This document shows positions 50,438 to 61,232 of a stretch of 64,000 nt of DNA, piece by piece. Both the position numbers and the translations under genes were made by a program. Under the pieces are notes generated by a model that was not told where the DNA came from, did not search any database, and saw only the letters and a list, made by a program, of their open reading frames with translations. The stretch lies in the NCBI RefSeq assembly GCF_009914755.1, contig NC_060926.1. One strand, written 5' to 3'. This stretch comes from the human T2T-CHM13v2.0 reference genome, Homo sapiens. Every line of letters begins with the position of its first letter. Position 1 is the first letter of the stretch.

Positions 50438-53400
50438 TTTTTCATGTGCAGATGAGAAAAAATGTATATTCTGTGGTCGTTGAATGGAATGTTCAGTAGA
50501 TGTTTATTAGGTCCATTTGGTCAAGAGTGCAGTTTAAGTTCAGAGTTTCTTTGTTAGTTTTCTGCTTTAATGATCTGTCTAGTGCCATCATTGGGATGTT
50601 GAAGTCCTCCACTGTTATTGTATATCTGTCTGTCTCTTTTCTGAGGTCTAATGGCATTTGCTTTATAAATCTGGGTGGTCAGGTATTGGGTATAAATATA
50701 TTTAGGATAGTTAAATCTTCTTGTAGAATTGAACTCTTTGTCATTATATAATGTTATTCTTTGTCTTTTTTTTAACTATTATTGGTATAAATTCTGTTTT
50801 TTTCTGATGTAAGAATAGCAACCTATGCTCTTTTTTGTTTTCCATTGTGTGATATACCTTTCTCCACTCCTTTACTTTGAGCCTGTGGGTGTCCTTTCAC
50901 ATTAGATGGATCTCTTGTAGTCAGCAGATGTTGAGTCTTGTTTCTTAAATGCAATTTGACAATCTATATCTTCATTTAGGTCATTTCTGTTCAAAGTTAA
51001 TATTGACATGTGAAGTTTTGTTCCAATCATAGTACTGTTAGCTAATTGCTTTGTAGTCTCAGTGGTGTGATTGCTTTATAGGATCTTTGGATTTTGTACT
51101 TATATGAGCTTTTATGACAGGAGAGTATTGTCCTATATTCTTTTATGACATAAAAGAGTATACTCTTTTCTGTTCGAAGTTTATGCTTTATGACATAAAA
51201 GAGTATACTCATTTCTGTTCAAAGTTAATATTGACGTGAAATTTTGTTCCAATCATAGTATTGTTAGCTAGTTGCTTTGCAGTCTCAGTAGTGTAATTGC
51301 TTTTTAGGATCTTTGAGTTTTGTACTTATATGAGCTTTTATGACAGGAGAGTATTGTCCTATATTCTTTTATGACATAAAAGAGTATACTCTTTTCTGTT
51401 CAAAGTTTATGCTTTATGACATAAAAGAGTATACTCATTTCTGTTCAAAGTTAATATTGACATGTGAAGTTTTGTCCCAATCATAGTATTGTTAGCTAGT
51501 TGCTTTGCAGTCTCAGTGGTGTAATTGCTTTATAGGATCTTTGAATTTTGTACTTATATGAGCTTTTATGACAGGAGAGTATTGTCCTATGTTCTTTTAT
51601 GACATAAAAGAGTATACTTTTTTATGACAAAGAGTATTGTCCTTTTTCCCCACGTTTACAACACCTTTGAGCATTTCTTATAGCACCAGTCTCATGGTGA
51701 TGAATTTTCTTAATATTTGCTTGTTTGAGAAAGACTTTATTTCTCCTTTGCTTATGAAGCTTAGTTAGGCAGGATATACAATTTGGGGCTATAATTTTTT
51801 GTCCTCAAGAAGGCTAAAAATAGGCCCCCTATCTTTTTGGCTTATATGGTTTCTGTTGAGAAAGCCACTGCTAGTCTGATGGAATTTCCTTTACAGGTGA
51901 CTTGACTGTTCTCTCTAACTCTCTTTAAGATTTTTTCTTTAGCATTGACCTTGGTTAGTCTGATGACTATATGCCTTGATGATGTTCATCTTATATAGTA
52001 TCTTGCAAGTGTTTTCTGAATTTCTTTTATCTGGATGTCTACCTCCCAACAAGATCAGGGAAATTTTTCTGAATGATTCCTTTAAATATGTTTCCAAATT
52101 GCTTACTTTTCCTTCTTTCTCAGCAATACCTATAAGCTATAGGTTTGGTCAATTTACCCCCTATACCATCTTTCTCAAATATTTTGTTTATTTTTAAAAT
52201 GCTTTTCTATTTATTTTTGTCTGACTGGATTAATTTGAAAGACCAATGTTTAAGCTCTGAAATTCTTTCTTCTACTTGGTCTAGTCTTTTGTTAATGTTT
52301 TCAATTGTACATTGAAATTACTTTTGTGAATTTTTTTATTTTCAGAAGTTCTATTTTTATAAATATAGCTATCTTGTCTTTCATTTTCTGAGTTGTTCTT
52401 CTGGTTTCTTTGTATTGGTTTTCAACATTCTCTTGGATATCATTGCACTTCTTTAGAATCCGTATCTTGAATTCCTTATCAGTCATTTTTTATTTTGTTT
52501 AGGATCCATTGCTAGAAATCTAGCCTGATCCTTTCAAGGTGTTAAAACACTCTGTCTTTTTGTACCACTGGAGTTCTTGCACTGATTCCTTCCCATGCGA
52601 AGGAGTTGTTGCTTCTAAGTTTTGAATTTGCTATTGTTTGAATGGGACTTTATCATGTTTATTCTTTTTTCCCTTGAGGGTATGACTGTGGTGTATGTTG
52701 TATGTGATTGTTTGGCTTCTTTTCTGGGGTTTCTCGGTGCCAAGACTCTGCATGGGCTCCTTGGTTATGGATAGCCTTTGTGTGGTGGCTTTCTCAAATG
52801 CTGCTTGTTGTAGACATGTATTGGGCATATGAGCCAACACACTATTTTCTGTGTGACTAGGAGAGCAGAGGTCTCAGTAAACTTATCTTGTACACTAGTA
52901 CTATACCCTTCTGACAGTAGGTTTTTTATTTGGTGGTGCAATTCAGTCTTCAGTCAAGTAGGAGGTGCTTAAGAGTAAGAATCCACTCACCCTCAGGCAG
53001 TCTAATGATGAAGGAAGACAACTGTCCTAATTGAGGTTAGTGTGGGGAGCTTGTGTTGGAGTGAACTGGTCTTGGTGGTAGGGGCAGGGGGCCTGCATTA
53101 GCCCCTCATCCTGGGCAGGCAGGAATGTGATCCGTTTTCCTATCACACCTTTCTGTCACAGGGCTCATGATCTTCAGCATATAGACATTGTTCTTTGGCT
53201 CCCAAGCTGAAGTGTGACTGAGGTCTGGAGAAATGCCCCTTTGGTGGCTACCACCAAAATGAGCTCAGGGCAGAGCCTCTTCCCAGAGCCCAGAGCAAAC
53301 AGTTTTTCAACTTGTCTGCCCTTCGTTGCTGGGACACTGCCATTCTGTGTTGGGATGGGGAGACAGGTCCCACCTTTCATGCATGCCTAGGTGGCATTGG

Positions 53401-54098
53401 CTCACTTTCAATGAGGTGTAGCTGCCACGAAGAGTGCTGGAAAGGCTGTCTCCAAGTGCAATCAGGTCAGCCCTCATCAGGAAAAGCCTCTGCTGCATCC
53501 ACAACAGTGCCTGCACTGAGGGCTAGATTTCCATGGAACCTGCAGCTCCCCAGAGACCCGCCAGTCTCCTGTGGTTGCCAAAGTCAGAAGGGGTTCTGTG
53601 GTATGTTTGCAGGGGATCTTGTAGTGTGGCAACACAAGGACTAAGGTTCCTTGGACAGGGCACTGGCCCACAATGAGTGCACAACCAGTGTGGCACCTGC
53701 CATCTCAGTTAGGGCCTGAGGGGAGTGTGGGCACACCAGCACGAGCTGGCCACCTGAGGCTCCCACCCCAGAGAGTTCCCAAATTGCCACCAACTGCATT
53801 GCCTGGGATTTCAAGGGCAGAGGGGTTCTCTGACAATTTGTCAGTCAGCAGTTAGTCACAGGAGTGAGGGGAGCAGAGAAGCACCCCAACCTATCCTTTA
53901 CATGGGACTCTGAGTTCCTCAGGAGTCAGTGTCTGCCAGACTTTTGCTGCTTTCCTTGTCTGCACCCCAGTTTCTTCCCATGGGCTCTCTGAAAGCTCGT
54001 GGCTCTCTTCCCTCAGCTTTCCATTTGGATCATGACCATTCAACTGTAACTTTGATCTTTCTACAAACTGGCGTCTGACATCTCTAGTCAGCCATCTT
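50438..54098 (-). mobile_element. Primate-type L1 (old L1PA/L1PB): 5' UTR, ORF1, endonuclease; 3' ~60% missing
   Basis: AGTCAGCCATCTTG 5' end at ~54085-54098. GC-richer 5' UTR at ~53000-54090. ORF1 peptide 52301-52486 (MTDKEFKIRILKK). Endonuclease sequence at ~50440-50950. Confidence 0.85.
50981..51618. repeat. Tandem repeat, ~227-bp unit x ~2.8
   Basis: Units start TCATTTCTGTTCAAAGTTAATATTGAC at 50981, 51209 and 51435. Confidence 0.95.
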
Positions 54099-54114
54099 GA
54101 AAAAAAAAAGCTAC

Positions 54115-54270
54115 ATTAAAGTTATAAAAATAAAAGTAATTGCACTGTGATGTTACAAAGGCTACTATATCACTAGGTGACAAGAATTTTTCAGCCCTAT
54201 TATAGTTTTATGGTACCACTATTTTATATGCGATCCATCATTTGACTGAAACATCATTATGTATGACTGT
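54115..54270 (+). mobile_element. Tigger3/Golem right end
   Basis: TCACTAGGTGACAAGAATTTTTCAGC...GAAACATCATTATGTATGACTGTA. Confidence 0.7.
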
Positions 54271-54519
54271 ACATAACAAATTGCGAATAGAATTAGAAAG
54301 TGCTTTCTACTTCTGGAAATCAATGTTGTCTTCACAGAGACAGAGGTGGGCTTTGAAGGATAAATAGGAGTTCAGGAGGCAAAGAAGGAAGGATCTGTTA
54401 TATTCTGGGAATGGCAAATATGATGTGGATAAAGCATTGGGATTGTGTCTGGGGGCATAAAATGTGACTGGATATAAAGTTTAAATCTTTACATAAGGTA
54501 GGTCAAATTGTGGAGAATG

Positions 54520-54660
54520 AATTAATCCTTGAAGTCACTCTATCTGATAAGCACATTATTATCTCCATTTCACAGATAAAGAAACTAAGGTACAGAAGAT
54601 TAAATGACTTAAATAGGTCACCTGACTAGTAAGTCGTATGGCAGTGATTCAAACCCACAA
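54520..54660 (-). mobile_element. MIR
   Basis: ATTATTATCTCCATTTCACAGATAAAGAAACTAAGG...GATTCAAACCCA. Confidence 0.8.
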
Positions 54661-55379
54661 GGAAGACTTGTACATATTTATTGACTTTTTCATGATGATT
54701 TTTAAAAAGTTGAGAATATTCTATTATAAAGCAATAAAGAATTTGATATTTAGTAACCATATCACAATAGTTTTACAAATGTTTTAGCAAAAGTTTGAAA
54801 GTTTTATAGTTAGAAAATTCCCATTGAACTAAGATTTATTCCCATAATTAGGAAAGCCACTCTCCCATTGGAGACTACTTTTATTATAGCCTCATGTTCT
54901 CTTACTTTAAATTATCTTCTCTGCTGTACCACAAAATAAAAAGTCTTATAATTTCCTTATTTCAAATGTTTTTTCTTTGAAAAAGAACCATTTATTTCTG
55001 GTATTATTAGTTGATTAATTTTTGTGCAACTTAGTAGTGTTGATATAGGATCAATGTCAACTGGTGGAGCAATTCTAAGGGTGTTTGCTCCATTAGTAAT
55101 AACCAGTGGAGTTAATTAATTACACAGGCATTTGAAATTGTAGGTTTTGCCTGTTAAACACTGGATATTTCAGGATGAGAAATGTGGAGGTGGACTAATA
55201 CTGAACATTTTATTTCAGAAAATACAGCCAATAGTAAATTTCAGTCTTTTATTGAGCTATCTTTGACACCTGTGCACATCTTATAATAAACTGTTCTGTT
55301 TTTCAATGGGTATCCTAGGAACAAGAACTAAATAAGAGACAATTATTTTAAAGTCTTCAATAATAGAATTTACTTTTGT

Positions 55380-56230
55380 GTGGGCAAAAGACACGAACAG
55401 ACACTTCTCAAAAGAAGACATACATGCGGCTGACATAGGAAAAAAAAGCTCAACATCACTAATCATTAGAGAAATGCAAATCAAAACCTCAATAAGATAT
55501 CATCTCACATCAGTCAGAATGGCTATTATTAAAACGTCAAGAAACAACAGATGCTGGTGAGGTTGTGGAGAAAAAGGATTCCTTTACACTATTGGTGGAA
55601 ACGTAAATTAGTTCAACCATTGTGGAAGACAGTGTGGCAATTCCTTAAAGACCTAGAGGCAGAAATACCATTTGACCCAACAATGCCATTAATGTGTATA
55701 TACCCAAAGGAATATAAATCATTCTATTATAAAGATACATGCACGCACGTGTTCATTGTAGTGCTATTCACAATAGCAAAGACATGGAACCAACTAAAAT
55801 GCCCATCAGTGATAGACTGGATAAAGAAAATGTTGCACATGTATACCCTGAAATGCTATGCAGCCATAAAAAGGAACAAGATCATGTCCTTTGCAGGGAC
55901 CTGGATGGAACTGGAAGCCATTACCCTCAGCAAACTAAAGCAGTAACAGAAAACTAAATACCACATATTCTCACTTATAAGTGGGAGTAGAATGATGAGA
56001 ACACATGGACACATGAGAGGAAACAACACACACTGAGGCCTGTTGGAGGGTAGGAGGTGGGAGGAGGGAGCACATCAGGAAGAATAGCTGATGGACTCTG
56101 GGCTTAATACCTAGATGATGGGTTGATCTGTGCAGCAAACCACCGTGGTACACATTTACCTATGCAACAAAACTGCACATATTGCCCTTGTACATCTGAA
56201 CTTCAAAATAAAAGTTGGAGATTAAAAAAC
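55380..56230 (+). mobile_element. 5'-truncated L1PA (approx. PA10-PA13) 3' end
   Basis: ORF2 C-terminal peptides at 55378-55560 and 55551-55946, then 3' UTR. TSD GAA(T/A)TTACTTTTGT at 55366-55379 and 56231-56244. Confidence 0.92.
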
Positions 56231-57727
56231 GAAATTACTTTTGTTCCAGAATTAACTCTCAGATGTTCCATGTTTCATCACTTTATTTTTTCACATAATT
56301 TGTGTATGTGACTCACATCAATTCATTTTGATATATAATTGATTTCTGATATTTTGTTTGTTTGAAGTGAGAGGTAACTGGGTAATTATCTATACTCTGC
56401 TTTTACCATGCATTTTATTTCCAGGTAAATTTGAAAAATCTAAATTATTTTTCTAAATTTGATCATGGTTTATTTGACAGTTTACAAGTACTTGCAGGCA
56501 TGTGTTTGCATGTGGATAATAACAAATAACTAAGAAATCTTACAAAAGTATAGCTTCATAATTTGGGGGTCCTGGTTATACATTTTACATCTCTAAGTTA
56601 GGAACTCATATTGTTAATCTCCCTTCATAGTTCCTTATAACTAAACTCTGTTTAGTATGAGTTTCTACTTATCAAAGGCATAATAACTCACTCACTATTT
56701 GGTATATTTGCTCTTTAATGTGACATGACATGTTTTCTGTGGATAAGGAGAACTGTGTATTTGTGCGTATATGTATATATAATGTTTTCAACCAATCACT
56801 ATTTCAGAGAAAAAATGGATGAAAATAAACTTGTATTCATTACATTAAATATAATCCTATACATATTAAGAGGAAATTTTACAGCAGGAAATTGTTCCTT
56901 TAATCATTATTTTTCTTGAAAATTATTTAATACTTTTAAGACAAACCACGGATGACCAAAGTCTCTTAATATTTACCACATAGATTTATATTAACACTAT
57001 ATTTTTGTTTTAAGTTTTCTAGACATCTGAGACTTAAATATGTTCTTATTTAAAGACTTTAATAGTATGGCAGTTGTACCATGAAGGTGGCATAGTGAAG
57101 GAGATCAACTTAGTCTACTTTTTGACTAAATTCTTAAATCTCTATTTCAGCTGTCTTCCCCCTAGAACTATAGCTTAAAAGCTCCTCAGCTGCATACAGC
57201 ACATAGCCTTCACAGGTTATCGCCTTTCTATAGAGTCCTCTCACAATATAAACAGGTGTAGCTACCAATTAGGACATGTCTCAAGAAATTGTTAACACTC
57301 ACCAATATTAATTAAGTGCTAATAGGGTACTGAGCCAAACACTGAGGGTGCTGAGCCAAATTTCCATTTCACATTCTTCATTCTCCAAGGAGGTTTAGAT
57401 ACTGGTGCTGTCAATAGGGTGCTTGAGTTCTAGAACCCATGGGGAAAAATAAATTACTGTGGCCACTTTGCACATAAATGTTTAAATTTAAAATATCAAT
57501 TGATATAAATACTGATAATAATGAATAAATATTAAATAATAATTGAAAGGGATGATGTTCTTGGTTTGGGGGATAATACCCATAATCTTAGCAGTACCAG
57601 AATCATTGCAACCCTAATAGGATTAATTCCATTTTGGAATATCAGTATTCTGAGATTACTATTTTGAATGTTCTCGTTTATATTTTCTTCAAGTAAACTT
57701 TTTTGCTTCTTCATTCTTTTTCAGAAA

Positions 57728-58076
57728 TTTTATTATTTTTAAAATTGACAGATAAAATTGTATGTATTTATTATGTACAACATGATGCTTTGAAATATAT
57801 ATATCTATGCACTGTAGAATAACTAAATATAGCTAATTAACATATGCCTTACCTCACATAGTTATTATTTTTGTAGTGAAAATACTTATCCACTCTCACT
57901 ATTTTTCAGGAATACAATATGTTATTAACTATTGTCACTATGCTGTACAATAGATCTCTTGAACTTATTTCTGCTGTCAAACTAGAATTTTATATCCTTT
58001 GACTAGCCCCTTCCTCAGCCCCCCAAGTGCCCCAGCCCCTAGTAGCCATCATTCTACTCTCTAGTTCTATGTGTTT
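57728..58076 (-). mobile_element. L1MA-type 3' UTR fragment
   Basis: AATTGACAGATAAAATTGTATGTATTT...TACAATAGATCTCTTGAACTTATT. Confidence 0.82.
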
Positions 58077-58780
58077 GCCTCCTCGTTCTATCTTTCCTCT
58101 TCCTCACTACCTAGTCATTCCTAGTGCCCACAGTGTGTCACAACTGCTGAAAGCATGGTGAAAAAATATCTGTTTTCTTTTCTTCCCTTCTCTCTCTCTT
58201 CTTAATGCGTTTCAGGTGGGAAGATAATAAAAGAAACCAAAATGATTGAAATCATTATTAGCAGAAAGTAAAATTTTAATTTCCTGCTGGTACAATAAGC
58301 TTTTGTCTGGTCTCTGGGGCAGGAAGATTATGAATATTCTTTTGTGCCACTTTCAAACTGCTTCTAAATATCTTAGGTACATTTGTAATATGAAAATATG
58401 GCAGCCTTATTAGCAAAATAATTTCTAATTTTGAGCTAAATTGTATAAGATTATGCATGTTTTTCTTTTGCATAACTCAATTTGTTTCCTGTAATGATAA
58501 TTGCCATGATTGAATTAGAAGATAATATAGCATAAAAAAATTTTATGACATCACAGTGATTAATCCAAAACTATCAGCATCAATGAAGTTAATAACAATA
58601 TTGTTCATGAAAACAAAGGTCATGTTTATGAAATTGAAACATTGTTTATATGTGAGTGGCCTATTTTTCTCATGCTACTGCACTAATTTTATCTTAGGGT
58701 TTATAAATATGAATCCTAAATATTAAAGTAGTGCTATTTATCGCCAACTCTAGTGGCCTTCTGTCCTCAGCCTTTTTGAA

Positions 58781-59036
58781 TTCACAAAATTCCTGTAAAC
58801 TGTGGACTATTTTCCCCAACTTACAAATAAAGAAATTGAGGTTCAAAAAAGTAACTCGCCAATAAATAGGTTCTAGATATCTACTATACAGCATAGTGCC
58901 TATAGCTAAAAATACTGTATCGTATACTTAAAATCTTCCAAGAGGGTGGATCTTATGTTGTATTCTTACCACGCACATACAAATAATAATAATGATAGTA
59001 AAGGCATTAGGGAGCTTTGGGATGTGATAGATATAT
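58781..59036 (+). repeat. Left arm of inverted duplication (MIR + L1M 3' UTR composite)
   Basis: Reverse complement of 60075-60346 over its whole length. Confidence 0.93.
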
Positions 59037-59949
59037 TTCCATGTGTAAGTGCTGTAAGAGTTCACAAGGGCATAACCCAAGTGCCCCAGATATGGCCCTT
59101 CTGTATTGAATATACCTAAGGTAGACACACTGAAGAAGATGGATATATGAAAAAGTCTAATATACTAGCCTTATTGAGGTAAATTGATCAGTTCACATTG
59201 GGTATAGAACATTGTCAGCAACTAGAAAAAGAAAATGAGGTTGTTCCGTCTCTATGTTCACACGAGGCATGAGGCAGCGACGTTCTAATAATCCTCCTGC
59301 TCTTCTCCCTTACCCTCCTGCCTCCTCAATAGCCTTAATTTGTAGCATTTTCCAATATCTGTGGTTAAATTCTTTCCCTATGGCCAATTTTATACCACTG
59401 AGGTGTTTTCCCTGAACATAAAGTTAGGAAGAGATGCGTGTAACTGGCACTGGTGAGCTGGGGTAAGCCAGCTCTAGCATACCACTGCTGCCAGGTTATC
59501 TACCGTAGAGTGTAAGCCATAGTTTTCATCAAAAGTGTCCTGCAAAAAAAAAACATTGAAAAATGAGAAACAGTTTCTGTATGTCAATATAAGTCAATTT
59601 TTATTGCAATGAATATTGAAGGAGGTAAAATTTTTTTTTACTTCCTGATGAAAACAGATGAAGTATGTTAATATATGTCCCTGGGCCCTCTGTGTTTCTG
59701 TGCCTCCCCTCACAAGGCATGCTATTTTTCTGTACCTGCCAATACATATCTTATCTTCCTTACAGGCCTCTCTCCTCTGTTTTTGACTATTTCAGCCTAC
59801 TCCAGCTTGTAGTGCTGTAGAAAAGGCTTTAGATTCATTTATTTATTCAAGAAACACTTACTGAGCTTTTAATATGCCAGGTACTGAGAATATAAACATG
59901 ATTAGACAGACCATGCTATAGCTTTGATTGTATGGCTTTGGGGCAATTG

Positions 59950-60400
59950 CTTTTTTTGTTTTTTAACTTACTGAGGGATGACTGACATGTAAAAAGCTGT
60001 ACATATTTAATGTATACAACTCAATGAGTTTGGAATATACACCCATGAAATCATTACTAGCATCAAAGCCACAGATATATCTATCACCTCCCAAAGCTTC
60101 CTAATGCCTTTATTATTATTACTATTATTTTTATTATTATTAGTATGTGTGTGTGTGGTAAGAACACAACATAAGATTCAACCTCTTGGAAGATTTTAAG
60201 TATACAATGCAGTATTGTTAGCTATAGGCACTATGCTGTGTAGTAGATCTCTAGAACCTATTTATCGGAAAGTTACTTTTTTGAACCTCAATTTCATTAT
60301 TTGTAAGTTGGGGAAAATAGTCCATAGATTGCAGCGATTTTGTGAAGATTAAATGAGAAAATATAAATAAAACACTTAGCATAGTAGATGGTACATTGTA
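59950..60400. mobile_element. L1M 3' UTR (-, ~59950-60268) joined to MIR (+, ~60269-60400); includes the right arm 60075-60346
   Basis: GCTGTACATATTTAATGTATACAAC...AGATCTCTAGAAC, then AAGTTACTT..AACCTCAATTTC..GTAAGTTGGGG..GAAGATTAAATGAG. Confidence 0.8.
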
Positions 60401-60774
60401 GATTTTCTATAAAGGCTAGTTTCTTTTTTTTAACTCTAAACTCTTATAGCTATCTTAAGTGCCAAATGAATCGGCATTTATTTATATTCTGCCTTGGATG
60501 TTGCTTGCCTTCTCTAGTATCCTCAGCTTGTACCTTTATGCAGGTTCTTATACATAATTTGTTGTTCCTATCAACATTGATCACAATGTAGTATCAATAC
60601 TTTCTGATTCTTGGTTCTTAATTTGCCTGCCCATTGAGATATTGGTCATAAGTTAACATTTTCCCATTATTTTCCATTTTGAATCACTTTCCTGGTACTT
60701 TCAATTTTGTATTTTATATCCTGTCCATCTGTATTTTATAATTTTAAATTTTTTCTTCCAAATAAATTTTAGCA

Positions 60775-61232
60775 TTCAGCTATTGCTGTGTCACAATCCA
60801 TTTCCAAACGCAGTGGCTTCAAACAGCAACATTTTATTTAGGTCATAATTCTGTAGGTTGTGAATTTGGGTTGGACTCAGCTAGTTAGTTCTTCTAATGT
60901 GAATCAGCTGGCGCCCGCTTCTACAATCAGCTGATGATTTCACAACTGAGGCCGGCTGGTTTGTGAAGTCCTCAGCTGGATGACTGCCAGCTAGGGCTTC
61001 TCTCTTCATGGTCTCTGATCTGATCCAGCCAGCTAGGCTGGGCATGTTTACATGGTGGCATGACTTCCAGAAGCAACAGCAGGTAAGAACCTATGCATAA
61101 GAACCCTTCAAACCTCTGTGTCACATTTGCTAATGCCCCATTGATCCAGATTCAAGGGTTGGAGGAATATATTCCAACTCTTGTTGGAACAAGCTGCTAA
61201 AATATTGTGGCCATTTTAAGAGAATCTACCAC
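60775..61232 (-). mobile_element. MLT1 (H/G-like) LTR
   Basis: CTATTGCTGTGTCACAA..AGTGGCTTCAAACAGC...AATCTACCACA. Confidence 0.7.

Noticed and set aside
50981-51618. CRISPR-like array (palindromic repeats)
   Set aside because: The context is eukaryotic, the 'spacers' are near-identical L1 sequence, and there are no cas genes.
55551-55946. 131-aa ORF
   Set aside because: It is the C-terminus of L1 ORF2p in a 5'-truncated copy, not a gene.
50438-56230. Single twin-primed (5'-inverted) L1 joining the - strand L1 and the + strand L1PA 3' end
   Set aside because: They are separated by ~1.3 kb of Tigger3/MIR/unique DNA, and the L1PA piece has its own TSD.
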